Shown here: one piece after another, positions 38,152-52,758 of the stretch
Numbering within the stretch: position 1 is the first letter of the stretch
Layout: every line of letters starts with the position of its first letter
DNA from: Octopus sinensis
Lineage: Eukaryota
Reading direction: 5' to 3'
Assembly (NCBI RefSeq): GCF_006345805.1
Contig: NC_043007.1
Span: forward strand, 1,798,001 to 1,862,000
Length of the DNA stretch: 64,000 bases
Notes under the pieces: generated by a model
What the model saw: the letters and a program-made list of their open reading frames with translations, nothing else
Databases searched by the model: none
Told to the model about the DNA's origin: nothing
Made by a program: the position numbers and the translations under genes

Positions 38152-40009
38152 CTTTAGAAAAATGTTAAAAGTTATTTGAATGAGTAAATTGCAGAATATC
38201 GAGGAACATGCTGTATGCAGTAGATGGGTCAGTCTACTTAAAATTTACCGTTTAGCATTTAAACCAGCCGATTCCATCCAAAATATTCGTCCTTGTTTAT
38301 GTTCAAACTGACCAGATCTGGCCTTTCACATCAACCCTACAATGCCATTCAAAATGATATGCAGTCACATAATCAAAATTTCAAGACTACAAGGTAATGC
38401 TGAATAAATTCAAAACAAAGAATAAATAAGCATTACAATTGATTGCTGATTGCTGGCCTTCCATAAACAAACCTTCTCCTGACTTGTGCCCCAGAGGGGA
38501 ACTTTCTAGGTGCAAGCTTATGGTCATACACGACTGAAGGGGTTCATTACCCTTTACGTTTGACAGAATAGGTTGAATGCTAAAGGATTAACTATAAAAC
38601 ATATTGGTAAAATTCATTAAAAAGCCACTCTTGAATGCAAATTCTGCTTTTAGATATAAGAAGAACCATTTTATCCGATAACTGAAAGTAGAGCCAAACT
38701 GTGGGTTGTAATTTAAGTTTTCTGATAGGGGCACTTTTTGGTTTAACGAAGGAAAATTAAAACGGTATTTCATTGTAAGAGATCTGTGTGATTCCTCACC
38801 AAAACTTTAACGATTAATCAAGGGATTAATATAAATAAAATAAATAAGCAGAAATCTATATCATGATTTAATAGTTTGTCTTGTTTTTATCCCCTTCAAA
38901 ATTATTGGAGGAAAAGTACAGCTATGTGTAAATAGACAATTTGTCTATCACCTACATTTCAAAGTAATTATAATGATGATGATGATAATAATAATAGTAA
39001 TAATAATAACAACAAGAACAATAATAAATAAAATTTCCTTGATGTCCAGATGAATAAAGTGTGTCATTCTGAGTCAGTTTTACCATTTCTGAGTCTTCGT
39101 TTATTTATTATTGTATATTAATCTGATAAAAGGTTTCTGACGTGTGTATGAGATAAAGTTTTGACACTTTTTTCCAAAGAAAGAAGCTACTGAGATTAAA
39201 CCGGATTAAGTTCTTGTGTGCATATGAAAGTCTTTTAAAAATTGGGTATAACTGTGAAGACACTAGGTAAAAAAAAAATTCCATGATCTTCTTTGTTTGT
39301 GTGTTTGTGTGTACAAACATATATATATATGTACATACACATACATACATGTATGTATGTATCTATACGTATATATGTATGTATCTCTATATGTATGAAT
39401 ATGTATGCCTATATTTATGTGTGTGTGTATATATATATGTATGTGTGTATGTATTGCAGAATAAGTGAAATTTTCCAAAAAAATTTCACTTGTTCTGTAA
39501 TGATCGTTGGCAAACTGGTCGCCTTCTGTTTCTGTCTTACCTGTTTATATATTTCAAATTTACCTGACAGGTGGATTTTGCCACCATGTAATCCAAGGAT
39601 GCATTAATAAAATGCTCGCAAAACAGCCATTGTGAATGTGAATCCCACTTATGTTCTTCACACACACACACACACACACATATATATGCATATATATATA
39701 TATATATATACACACATACATATGCATGTTTAAATATTCACTAGGATTCACTAGGATTAAATATTCACTAGAATTAATGGGTCATACATATTAATCCTAG
39801 TGAATTCGTTGTCATGGCAAATACTTATGACACACACCTGGCACCTGTGTCGGTGGCACGTGAGAAGCACCCATTACACTCTCAGAGTTGTTAGAAAGGA
39901 CATCCAGTTGTAGAAATTGTCAAATTAGACTGGAGTCTGGTGAAGCCCCTCAACTTATCACCCCTAGTCAAACTGTCCAACCCATGCCAGCATGGACAAC
40001 AGATGCTAA

Positions 40010-40040
<31 letters not shown>

Positions 40041-41202
40041 GTCTATCATGTTTTAGCGCACTCTTTTTGTTTTTGTTGTTGTTTGCTACTTCATGCTGGT
40101 AGCACTGAGGGTTAGTGGTTGTCCAAACATATTATCATACATAGAAGAAGGATGTTTATAATTATGAACAAATCACAATGATAACCATGAGGGTTTCAAA
40201 AACCCTTATATGTTTATGTTTAGAAATAGCAGTCCAAACCGCTATAAAGCTATTATTATCAGTCATATTATTTCTCCTTGTGATAAAAGCTGTCTGTAGG
40301 CAACATGACATATAGAATCCACAAATTAAAAATAAATGGTTAATTCCCTATTGCAATTTCAACATTAAGAACCTATTGAGGGTCCCTTGACCAAGAGCGG
40401 TGCTCCAGCATGGCCACAATCAAATGACTGAAACAAGTAAAAGAATAGAAGAGTAAAACACACATGTACACATGCAGGCGCGCGTCTAGAAAGATAAGCA
40501 TCCATCAGTCTCGGATGACCATGGATCTGCGCCTGGAGAATTCTGTGTTCGCTGCTGATGGTTATGCCATACGTGTCCACCATACACATTTCCAGACCCA
40601 TTCACATGTACATCTATTCTGTACTCAATGGTATGAATATATTTATGAGTCAGCTAATAATATTTCTCCAGTTATCATAGGAATTATCACACACTTCCTC
40701 TCAATATTAACCAGAAATAACCATTAGAGAGTTCAAACAAGTCAATATTTGCCAATAGATTTTATCCATTTGTTTGTTCAATTCATTTGCATTTAACCTC
40801 TTGTGTTAATGTTATAATAAATATATCCAGCAGACCATACTCAACTCATTTCTCTTTAATCACTGCAGATTCTCACCACTTACTGTTCATGTTTTATTCT
40901 CAGCTAACATCACACTTCGTAAACATTTCTGGTAAACTTTTATCCGGAATATATTGACAGAAACGTTTTTGTCACTTACAGATATAGCATTTTCTAGCCC
41001 CCCCCCCCCACACCTTCCATCTTATAACCTGGCCGTTTCTTCCTTTGCACCAACTTCAGCACTTTGTCATATTGGTAATAAAACTTTATCTGCAATTTCC
41101 AACATTCTGTAGTGTTCAGGATCGTAGGATGTTAGCTACTCCATCGCACCATTGAAATAGCTAATATTATGTTATAAAGTCCAGTGTGACAGCAGCCTTC
41201 AT

Positions 41203-41838
41203 CGTCATCATTGGTTAGCGTCTGCTTTCCATGCTAGCATGGGTTGGACGATTTTGACTGAGGGCTAGCAAACTAGATGGCTGCACCAGGCTCCAATCTT
41301 AATCTGGCAGTGTTTCTACAGTTGGATGCCCTTCCTAATGCCAACCACTCTGAGAGTGTAGTGGGTGCTTTTATGTGTCACCGTCACGGGGCCAGTCAGG
41401 TGGCACTGGCAACGACCTCGCTCGAATCCTTTACACATGCCACCAGCACGGGTGCCAGCAAGGTGATGCTGGTAATGATCATGCTCGAATGGTGTCTTTT
41501 ACGTGCCACCGGCACGGAAGCCGGATAGCCGCTCTGGCAATGATCACGCTCAGATGGTGCTCTTAGCTTTTGACTAGCATCGCCTTACTGGCACCTGTGC
41601 CAGTGGCATGTGTAAAAGATTCGAGTGAGGTTGTTGCCAGTACCACCTGACTGTTCCCCATGCCGGTGGCACGTAAGAAGCACTCACTATACTCTCAGAG
41701 TGGTTGGCATTAGGAAGGGCATCCAGCTGTAGAAACTCTGCCAGATTAAGATTGGAGCCTGGTGCAGCCATCTGGTTCGCCAGTCCTCAGTCAAAATCGT
41801 CCAACCCATGCTAGCATGGAAAGTGGACGTTAAACGCT
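41203..41838. mobile_element. Head-to-head inverted pair of RTE-3'-end-related elements
   Basis: 41215-41465 (minus) is the reverse complement of 41587-41835 (plus). Both carry the variants CCAGATTAAG and CAGTCAAAATCGTC. Confidence 0.85.
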
Positions 41839-43129
41839 GAATAATAATAATAATAATGATAATATTAATAATAATATCGAAATCATCCCTTGTACAATTT
41901 TTTATGTCTGGTACTTATTTTATCAGTCTTTTATTGCTGAACCACTAAGTTATGGAGATGAGACAAACCAACACTAGGTGTCAGACAGTGGTAGTGAACA
42001 AACAAAAAAGACAGACAAACACATGAACACATGGTAGGCTTCCTCACAGTTTCCATCTACCAAATTCACTCCCAACACTTTGGGGAGCCTGAGGCTTTAG
42101 CAGATGGCACTTGCCCTAGGTACCATGAAGTGGGACTGAACCGGAAGCCTCGTGATCGAGAAGTGAACTTCTTACCACATAATTATGGCTGCTACTAAGC
42201 ATTTTTTAAATCACCTTTGTGAATTGAATTTATTAATAATCTAGCAAAATTTTTTTTGCTTTCATCTCAAAACTTTTCCGTTTCTGTATCAATACAAATG
42301 GGCATGCTTGTGTGTGTGTGTGTGTCTGTACGCTTGTGTGTGTGTGTGTGTCTGTACGCTTGTGTGTGTTATTGTATTGAACTATGAATCTGATAATAAT
42401 GATTAAAAAATAATAATTACCGCAACAATAGCTATTCTCCCGCTGACTGCAATGCGCTCTCCATTCAAACACGAAGAATTAAAAATCATAAATAAAGCAG
42501 AAACCATTTCATTTCTTCAAGAATCTCTACGGAATACAGTCATGCTTCACACAATTTTTTTTTTTTTTTGGCTTTTCTTTTTCTTTCTTTGTTTCTTTAT
42601 TTTTTTCTGGCATCATCTTCTGGGGAATTTCCTGCATGATTTTGATGTTTCAAAAGAAAAATATCTCGCTATCCTGTTAGCCACATGTGTAACTCACAAC
42701 AACCAGAGTAAATGATATCTTTGGGAGATTCTCACATATTCAACAATAAAATGATGTATGCTGCTATAAATTACTTCATCGCTCCTTCTCTCTTTCTCTT
42801 ACTCTTTCTCTTTTCTTTCCTAACTGTTGTTAGTATCTTAATACCTCTTGTAGGAATTCTCTTTTGTCAGACAAAGCTGGAGATGTATTTTAGCTGATGT
42901 AAAAAAAAATTCAAAAAAAAGAACATTGTGTAACGCCAAAAATTAATTAACAAAGGAAAAACATGCATGTAAAAACCACATAATAAATGTTCGGCATTGT
43001 TGATTTTTAAATGTGTTGATATTGTGTTCTTCAATATGCCAGTTCTGATATGTAGAGATCATACATCAGTGTGTGTGTGTGTGTGTGTGTGTATAAATAT
43101 ACACAGACGTGCAGGAAGTAAATAGACAC

Positions 43130-43510
43130 CTTTAATTTTCAAAATCTTTTATTTGATATTAATTGGTTGAAGGAGAGGTTTTCTTCTAGCTGCTCGTCCA
43201 TAATACCCAAGCTTATGCAGATATGTAACACATGTTCTTGGACTAACTTCTAGCTGTTTTGCAATGTCAGAAGCCCTCGAACGGGGTTCGCTTTCCACAA
43301 TTCTCTTTAAACAGTGAAGCTTTCTTTCCAAGGGCCCAGGTTGGTCGGAACAAAAATCTGTTGATTCTTTTCCTTGGCTTTTGAATTGCACTATGATTCT
43401 ATTAACAGTATCAAGAGGAATTTGAAGATTTTTGGCAATTTTTCACTGGCTAAGACCAGCCTCAGATTGCCCAATAATACGACCTCTTTGAAAATCTGAC
43501 AGAGATGAGA
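43130..43510 (-). pseudogene. Tc1/mariner transposase N-terminal (paired-like HTH) fragment
   Basis: [44 protein letters not shown]...LKRIVESEPRSRASDIAKQLEVSPRT..LHKLGYYGRAARRKPLL, matching the Tc1 HTH pattern; one stop (probably CGA>TGA). Confidence 0.85.
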
Positions 43511-44094
43511 TGGTGCTGAGGAGGTGAGAGAAGAACACGAGAAAACAGAGTAGAGAGAGGGGGAAAGGAATGGGTTAGTGTAAGGGAGAGCTATAAGGGA
43601 GAGAGAGGCAGGGAGGGGTTGTGGAGAGAAGGCAAGACAGCCCCTTAAATTTGTAAGAGGGGTTAATGAGACTGAGGCAAATGCAGGTGGGAAAATGATG
43701 CCAGTTGGGTGATTGAGCAGGATGAAGGGCCAGTAGGGATTATAGTGTAGTGAAGGTTGTGGTTGGTACACGTGGCAGAGATTTGAGAAAGCTGAGAAGA
43801 AAAAGTTTTATGTTTCAAGTCGGTGGTTTAGTGTAGAATTTGCAGTCTTGCTGTAAAAGCAAAAATCTCAATTGAAACATTGACAAAGAAATTGAAGCAT
43901 ATCTCCCAATTCTGAGGACAAGAAGGACACTACGAATGATAACAGGAGCCAGCTTAGGGCCAAATGAAAGGCCCAGGATAGGAGTGAGTGGGGAAAGATC
44001 ATAAATATTATCTAACCCAGGAGGGACCAAGAGTCTGAGTAAGTGAGTTATACATACGCATGATGCAGAGTTTGAAATATAAGATGCTACCAGC

Positions 44095-44290
44095 CTGCCC
44101 TGGCACCTGTGCAGGTGGCACGTAAAAAGCACCCACTACACTCACGGAGTGGTTGGCGTTAGGAAGGGCATCCAGCTGTAGAAACACTGCCAGATCAGAC
44201 TGGAACCTGGTGCAGACTCCTGGCTTCCAAGACCCCGGTCAAACCGTCCAACCCATGCTAGCACGGAAAATGGACATTAAATGATGATGT
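44095..44290 (+). mobile_element. RTE-3'-end-related short element
   Basis: Near-identical to 27400-27589. Confidence 0.75.
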
Positions 44291-45704
44291 TTAATGTGTT
44301 TAATGGATTTTGTGGAACCAAATCAGCAATCCTCTGCTATTTTCTTCTATGGAAGCCATTTCAAAAATGATATTTTAATTACATTCATTGGTTGGCATTG
44401 AGTGGTTGGTGTTAGGAAGGGCATCTAGTCGTAGAGACTGTGCTGTAGCCCTCTCAGTTGAAGGCACTTGTTTTAGCAGGTACCTGCTGACCTTGCCAGT
44501 GCTGGTGTCAGGAAAAGAGCATACAGTACAGTGGTTCGCATCAGGTCGGATGAAGGGCCAGTAGGGAGTGGGGTGTAGTGAATGTTGTGGTTGGTACATG
44601 TGGCAGAGAAATGAGAAAGGTGGGAAGAAAAGGTTTTATGTTTCAAGTCGGTGGTTGGAGAGAGGGAGAAAGGAGTGGGTTAGTGTAAGGGAGAGCTATA
44701 AGGGATAGAGAGCCTGAAGTGTACCCTAGAGGTAGGGAGGTTGTGGAGAGAAGCACTGCCAAAGCAGATGCTGGAGCTCTGCACAACCTTCTGGCTTGTC
44801 AGTTCATGTTGGGATATCCAACACATGCCAGCATGGGAAAAGGGGACATTACACAATGGTGATGATGCGAACAATGATATTTGGCAACTATCCTTATTTC
44901 ACCCCTTTTTCTCCATTACATTAACCATAAAAGCTGGGCTGTTATAAATTGCCAGATGCCTTGTCTCACTCTCTGATTTGTTTACCATTCTTTCAATGGA
45001 AAGTGTTCTCAAGGAAGCACTTTATCCCGTTGTAGTATTTAATTATTTGAGATAACGAGATTCAAGCAATTCACCTGTCTTCCTTTCCTTTTTCTTTTTT
45101 CTCTTTTTTTATCACACCTGTTTTATTTATTTATCTTTAATTTTTCAATTCATTATTTCACTAAAATCTTTCAAATCTAATTCAATGAGATGACATTTTA
45201 GTGTTTCAGATATTTTGTCTGGGATTCAGTTTCCGTCACTCAATGCCAGACAATGGAATAATGGCAGAATTCATTTAGAACATGTCCCTTTTATATTCCT
45301 TTCATTAATTGTCATTATTCTTAAATTCAATACCATTTTATAGCATTATATTTGGACTGAAACTGTTGGGTCTTTTTTCTATTTTTTATTTTTCGATAAG
45401 CATTTTGTTTAAAAAAAAGAATTATTTTATATTTTTTGGATTTCTTATATCATCAAATTCTGTTAAGTAGTTTATACGTGTGTATGTGTGTGTGCGTGTG
45501 TGTGTGTGTGTGTGCATATGTGTGCATGTGTGTGTGTGTATATATATATATATATCCCTCTCTCAATCTGTATATACATATATGTATGTATGTGTGTGTG
45601 TGTGTATGCATGTATTTATATATATATGTATATCCTTCTCTCAATCTGTATATACATATATGTATGTATGTATATATATATATGTCTGTGTGTTTGTGAG
45701 CGTG

Positions 45705-45788
<84 letters not shown>

Positions 45789-46525
45789 TGAATTTCATAA
45801 GCATGCTACATTGCTCACATACATACATACATGCATACATATGCACAGACATTTTAAATTAAATACTAGACTGAAAGACTCTGTAATGATGATGAAGATG
45901 ATGATGATGGTGATTATAATAGTAATAATATTAATAGCAATAATAACGATGATAATGAAAGCCTTTTATTAATAGTATATTATACCACTTTTTTTAAAAA
46001 ACTTTTTCGTTTTCTTCACTGTTGCAATAAACTATTTAATTTACACTTTTAACACACTCATATATAACAGAAATGGCACTCTCTCACAAGCATACACACA
46101 CATACACACACATACACATACACGCATGCATGCGTTAATAGGTTATCAGTAATCTCCAATATGTATTTAAGTAGATTTCACTGGCTGCTGCTATACGTAT
46201 GAAGTTTCGATATTATTCCTCTCTGCTTTTCCTTCCTTACCAAAATAACAAAAGTAGATTTCCTTTTTGCATTTCGGTGGCATTCCTTTCTATTTTTATC
46301 AAAGACAATACCCAAAAGATAAAAGTAATCTACAGTTCCAAAAGAACTATTGGTATTTATCTCGGAGAATTGATGCGATATAAACGAGCAATTTACAAAA
46401 GAAGTCACTAACTGGAAATAATTACAACAGTTCATAAGTTGATAATCAGATGTATTCTTGTAGAGTTTTAGCTACTAACTATATCCACACATACATATAT
46501 ATGTACATATATACATGTACATATA

Positions 46526-46578
<53 letters not shown>

Positions 46579-46592
46579 ATGTATATATATAC

Positions 46593-46631
<39 letters not shown>

Positions 46632-48504
46632 GGTATATATATATATGTATATATATGTATATATATATCGGTGTGTGTGTGTGTATACTGTGATTGAAAA
46701 TATATATTTTTATCCGCATAAACACACACATGCAACTACTTGCATCCATACACTGCAGGATGCGGTTTCTGTACTTTTATTGAAGTACTTTGGAAAACAT
46801 TTTAATCCTTTTTTCCCCCTTTTCTCACTTTTAAATTCTCAAATATCTGATGTATGCATGTGTATGTAAACACACACACGTGCATGCACACACACACTCA
46901 TGTGCATGCACACACACACAGACACACACACACATATACACCCTCGATCTTTATGTTGCTTCATTTCGCTACATTTTATAATGTTGTTCTGTCTATTTAT
47001 TTCTCTCTTGCACACACACACAAACACATAAAAATATACACTCATATGTGTGTCTGTTTATATGTATACGCACTCATATGTATAACACACATGCATATAT
47101 ATACACATTCATAAACATGCTTATATGTATGTACACACACACACACACACAGACACACACGCGCAGACACCCACTTATATTTCATTATTTGCTCAACTTT
47201 AATTCCATATTTTTAGCGTTTGGTCCGATTTCTTTGAGACCATTTTTATTTTCTTTATTCATTCCAAAACTTTCCTCTCTCTCTCTCTCCCTCTCTCTCT
47301 CTCCCCCTATCTCTCTCTCCCTCTCTCTCTCTCCCCTATCTCTCTCTCCCTCTCTCTCTCTCTCCTCTCTTTTTCTTGTGGTTTTACTCATTCCGTTTAT
47401 TAATTTTTACTTGTGTTTTGTTGTCTTTATTTCTTTTATGCATCTCTTTCTTTGGGCATAAGAACACGACAAGAAAACCGCTATGCTCTAAACGGTTTTC
47501 AAAGAATTTTAACACATGCTGAAGCTAATATTATTTGGAAAAATCCATTCCTTTCATGTGTTCTTTCATTGTTTTATCCTCAACTTTGTTTCTCCCTCTC
47601 CCTCCACCCCCCGTCCTTCTCTCTGATCAGCTGTGCTTTTTGATAAAATCTCTGCTCAGAGAAGCTTCTCACCTCCACCATCCTTGCATTCTGTTGTAGT
47701 ATTTAATTACCTGAGATATTTATAGTTGGAATATTACCAATATTTATTCCTTCTTTTTACCATTTTGCTACTTCAATCATTGTATGGTATTTTTATAATT
47801 TTATTTATTATTATTATTATTTTTTTTTTCCTTCTTTGATACCTGCGAGGCGGTTGTTTTAGTTTACGTTGTTAAATATTTTAATAAGACGCCAGACAAT
47901 CGGCTTACCATTATCACCAGATTCTCAGTTCAGATCCCTTCAACTGGCTTTGCGTGTTGGTATTTATTCCTGGTGCTTATTTATTAAGATGAGTTGCAAA
48001 ACACGTTTCTTTCTGTTTTGTTTTGTTTTTGTCTGTTTGTTTCGTTTTTCTTTTTCTTTTCTTTTTTGTTTTCGGTTTTCGTCAGGAGGCAAGGCAGTGC
48101 TCTTGACCTTTTTATAAGTCTTCCGAGACTGGTGGGGGGGGCAGGGGGGGTTCGGGGGAAGGTATCTTCGCACCAGAGACCTAAGCCGAAAGCTTACGCA
48201 GCAAATGGACTCTACCAAATGTATGACTAAACAGGTTTCAAAGATGCCGGTGTTGGTCTGCGTCAGCAATATTTTTATAGCACATAGTGAAATCAATGAG
48301 AAATGTGTGGGGAACTTGTCATGGGGGAGATGAAAATTCAAAGTTCCCCACAAAGTCTTTTTTTTTTTTTTTTTTAGGAAAAACTGAAAACAAAGAAATT
48401 ATTGAGAGACAGCAGCATTTTTCATCCTCAAATTTGCAGCCAGATTTTTTTTTTATTTTCCTCGATTTAAAAAAAAATCTTTTAAATGTTTTATTTATTT
48501 TGGT

Positions 48505-48893
48505 TACTTTTACTCTTTTACTCTTTTACTTGCTTCAGTCATTTGACTGCAGTCATGCTGGAGCACCGCCTTTACTCGAGCAAATTGACCCCAGGACTTA
48601 TTCCTTGTAAGCCTAGTACTTATTCTATCGGTCTCTTTTGCCGAACCGCTAAGTTACGGGCATGGAAAGTCACCAGCATCGGTTGTCAAACGATGTTGGG
48701 GGTGGGGGGCAAACAGACACACAAACACACACACACACACACATATATATACATATATATGACAGGCTTCTTTCAGTTTCCGTCTACCAAATCCACTCAC
48801 AAGGCTTTGGTCAGCCTGAGGCTATATTAGAAGGTGCCACGCAGTGGGACTGAACCCGGAACCATGTAGTTGGTAAGCAAGCTACTTACCACA
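48505..48893 (-). mobile_element. SINE family C copy
   Basis: Reverse complement of family C. Confidence 0.75.
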
Positions 48894-49200
48894 CTTTAAT
48901 GTAAAGAATTTAAAACTCTGTTATTCTTCATTAATTTCTCTCCTTTCAACTTCTGGGAAATTGTGTTAAACCAGCTGATGCATCCATTTGGTAGGTCACA
49001 AAGAACTAGGTTGCTGTGGAATTTGAATGCACGACCTGAAAAAGTTGGAACAAACAGTGCAAGGTGTTCACTCGGGAGTTCTTACATTTTCCTCTAATCA
49101 CTACTCTGAATTGGCACATTCTTTTTACAGACCCTGGATGTATGAAAGATAAAGTTGCCCTTAGTGGGGCTTGTACTTAGAAGTGTGTTAGTATCAGAAC

Positions 49201-49622
49201 AAATACCTATTTCTTTACTACCCACAAGGGGCTAAACACAGAGAGGACAAACAAGGACAGACAAATGGATCGAGTCGATCATATCGACCCCAGTGCACAA
49301 CTGGTACTTATTTAATCGACCCCGAAAGGATGAAAGGCAAAGTCAACCTCGGTGGAATTTGAACTCAGAACGTAGCGGCAGATGAATTACCTATTTCTTT
49401 ACTACCCACAAGGGGCTAAACACAGAGGGGACAAACAAGGACAGACAAACGGATCAAGTCGATCATATTGACCCCAGTGCATAACTGGTACTTATTTAAT
49501 CAACCCTGGAAGGATGAAAGGCAAAGTCGACCCCGGCAGAATTTGAACTCAGAATGTAGTGGCAGACGAAATCCCCCTAAGCATTTCGCCTGGCGCGCTA
49601 ACGTTTCTGCCAGCTTGCCGCC
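49201..49622 (-). mobile_element. SINE family A, head plus tandem headless unit
   Basis: Two ~185-bp units joined at GAAATACCTATTTC, with the head at the right end. Confidence 0.8.
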
Positions 49623-49826
49623 TCAGAACAAATACCATTAAGTATTATCTCTAACACTTTAACAGTGCCGCTGATTCACCAGTGTAATTCTCTTGTATGA
49701 AATTACATGGCCTTGTGGTCAGGGCATTTAGTTCCTGGACCAGGAAGTGAATTTTGTCATTGAGCAAGGTGTATGATTTCACATTGCTCAAATTTTCTCA
49801 GCTGAAAAAGAGTAAGAGCACAGTAA

Positions 49827-50138
49827 GGTGGTGAGCTGGCAGAACCGTTGGCACACCGGGCAAAATACGTAGCAGTATTTCGTCTGCCACTACGTTCTGA
49901 GTTCAAATCCCGCCGAGGTCGACTTTACCTTTCATCCTTTCGGGGTCGATTAAATAAGTACCAGTTACGCACTGGGGTCGATATAATTGACTTAATCCGT
50001 TTGTCCCCTCTGTGTTTAGCCCCTTGTGGGTAGTAAAGAAATAGGTATTTCGTCTGTCTTTACGTTCTGAGTTCAAATTCTGCCAAGGTCGACTTTGCCT
50101 TTCATCCTTTTGTGGGGATCAATCACATAAGTACCAGG
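49827..50138 (+). mobile_element. SINE family A, full unit plus partial second unit
   Basis: Same junction, GAAATAGGTATTTC, near 50040. Confidence 0.8.
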
Positions 50139-50669
50139 TAATCACTGCATTGAGGGGGTAGGAAATTTGCGCGTTTATTGTCTCATCATTATCTTCTTTG
50201 ATGTAATTGATGTAAAATGTTTTATGAAACCCATAGAAAAAAAATTCCCATCTTTTAACTAAAATTATGGCATCGGGAAATTTATGAAACTAGAGCGTTA
50301 TCCATCATTACAGCTAATGTTGGGAACACACACACACACGCATGCACACATACATACACGTATGTACCCCTGTGCCTAATGAATGGTAATGTTACATAAT
50401 TACAATAATTATAATTTTACATTTTTTAAAAATTTCACAATCAAATAATCTGAATAAAATATATAAAATATACATTTTCGAAATAAATAATTTTATTAAG
50501 TGAAAATGAAAATGAAAACAGATTTCTTGTTTTTATGTTTCCAATTGAGATATATTATGAATAACGATGATTCTGTTTTTCTTTCATTTATTAATCACTG
50601 CCATAGCACTATCTTTCATTTTACACAGAAATATATATTTCCTGCTCTACCTCTCATATAAAAGTTAAT

Positions 50670-51215
50670 GCAGGAGTAGCTGTGTGGTGAGTAGCTTGCT
50701 TACCAACCACATGGTTCCGGGTTCAGTCCCACTGTGTGGCACCTTGGCCAAGTGTCTGCTATCTATAGCCTCAGGCTGACCAAAGCCTTGTGAGTGGGTT
50801 TGGTAGACAGAAACTGAAAGAAGCCTGTCATACACGCACACATATGTAAGCACAGAGCGTAGGAGTGGTTGTATAGTAAGTAGCTTGCTTACCAACCACA
50901 TGGTTCTGGGTTCAGTCCCACTGCTTGGAACCTTGGGCAAGTGTATTCTACTATAGCCTTGGGTCAACCAAAGCCTTGTGAGTGGTTTGGATAGATGGAA
51001 ACTGAAAGAAGCCCGTCATATTTATAACGGTGTGTGTGTCTATGTTTGTCTCCCTAACATCGCTTGACAACCAAAGTTGGTGTGTTTACATCCTCAAAAC
51101 TTAGCGGTTCGGCAAAAGAATAAGTACTAGGCTTACAAAGTCCTGAAGTTGATTTGTTCGACTAAAGGTGGTGCTCCAGCATGACCACAGTCAACTGACT
51201 GAAACAAATAAAGAA
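50670..51215 (+). mobile_element. SINE family C with duplicated 5' half
   Basis: The head region occurs at both 50670 and 50860, followed by the 3' part. Confidence 0.75.
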
Positions 51216-51809
51216 AAAAAGAATTCTGATTAGCATATGGTAACCAAGGGATATAAACCCAAACAGGGTGATGGTGACCCTCTATGGATATTATGTTAAT
51301 AAATGCTAGTTTAAGGATGAGAATAAAATCATGTCTTGACATTGTAGCAACCTGAAACTAGGAAAAGTAAAGTTTGGAATCTGAGGAAAGTGGCATGGGT
51401 GGGTGGGTTGATCGTTTTATGTATTGTAGTGGTAGTGGTGGTGGTGGGGGTTCCTTGCCCAGAACAATAAATGAAAATGAGATCTTGTGGAATGTCAAAT
51501 GAATTAGCTGCTACTTATTGCTGAAAGGTAAAAACCTGAAATGTCAGCTTCTCTCCTCCTCATCACAATCAAATTTATTCGGCATTCCACCAACTCTTCC
51601 TTTGAGTTTGGCAATAATCTAGCTGTAGAAGGATGCTTCTTCTTGAAAATATGCAACATTCTGGATGTTACCAAACATGACAACCAAATTGCTGGTTGCA
51701 ATAGTTTCTAAGCTAAATTGGTAGGTTTGATTTTCCTCATTGCTATCCTCATAGACAGACTAGGGCCCCAAATTAACGACAGGCTGGAAGTTGGCAATTA
51801 ATATATCAT

Positions 51810-52150
51810 TTAGCCAAGTTTCTTCTTGGTATACTAGTGCGTTCTTTTAAATGGGTGTCTGTCACTAGTTTTTCTTGAATCACCGACAGTGTTTCACCAG
51901 TTGGGACTTTGGTAAACAGACTTATCACATCTAGACTCACCATCTGATTGGTTTCAGTGGGGGTATCCTTGATAAATTCTGTGAAGTGGGTGGAATTCTT
52001 CACATATGATGTTGACTTTCCTGCTAATGGACTGATTATATCCACAAGGAAGCGGCTCAATGGATGACATGCTGAACCTTCAAGGCTCACTATAGGTCTT
52101 AACAGATGAATTGTTCAGCGATGGATTGCCTTTGGAATGCCAATGATGGA
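51810..52150 (-). pseudogene. Penelope-like element (PLE) reverse transcriptase fragment
   Basis: [52 protein letters not shown]...MVSLDVISLFTKVP...KERTSI matches the PLE RT motifs LPKIH/RPIVS/VKNS/SxDVxSLFTxVP. Contains a stop. Confidence 0.85.
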
Positions 52151-52232
52151 AAGGTACTCTTAAATGGGCCAGTTATGCTGGCGTTGGCCATGGTTACAGT
52201 TTCACTTGGCTTGCAGGGTCTTCTCAAGCACA

Positions 52233-52242
52233 GCATATCTCC

Positions 52243-52306
<64 letters not shown>

Positions 52307-52374
52307 ATATACATATACATATATATATATATACATATATATATATACATATACATATATATATATACATATAC

Positions 52375-52405
<31 letters not shown>

Positions 52406-52430
52406 CATATATATAATATATATAATATAC

Positions 52431-52484
<54 letters not shown>

Positions 52485-52490
52485 ATATAC

Positions 52491-52586
<96 letters not shown>

Positions 52587-52610
52587 TATATATATATACA
52601 TATCATCATC

Positions 52611-52668
<58 letters not shown>

Positions 52669-52669
52669 T

Positions 52670-52734
<65 letters not shown>

Positions 52735-52758
52735 TATATATATATATATTTATATATA
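52233..52758. repeat. (TA)n/(TACA)n tract, left flank of the ribozyme array
   Basis: Read directly from sequence. Confidence 0.95.

Noticed and set aside
39740-39810. Short ATTCACTAGG repeats with a 16-bp inverted partner
   Set aside because: Too short and AT-rich to distinguish from local slippage or inversion noise.
43815-44132. Minus ORF with NIYDLSPLTPILGLSFGPKLAP, faintly like the Penelope ORF N-terminal NLS..L..GLxFxP motif
   Set aside because: The similarity is too weak and there are no downstream RT motifs.
52150-52233. Apparent upstream extension of the Penelope RT frame ([11 protein letters not shown])
   Set aside because: The DNA matches the RTE ORF-end/3' UTR family (compare 26941-27000 and 25090-25140), not PLE.
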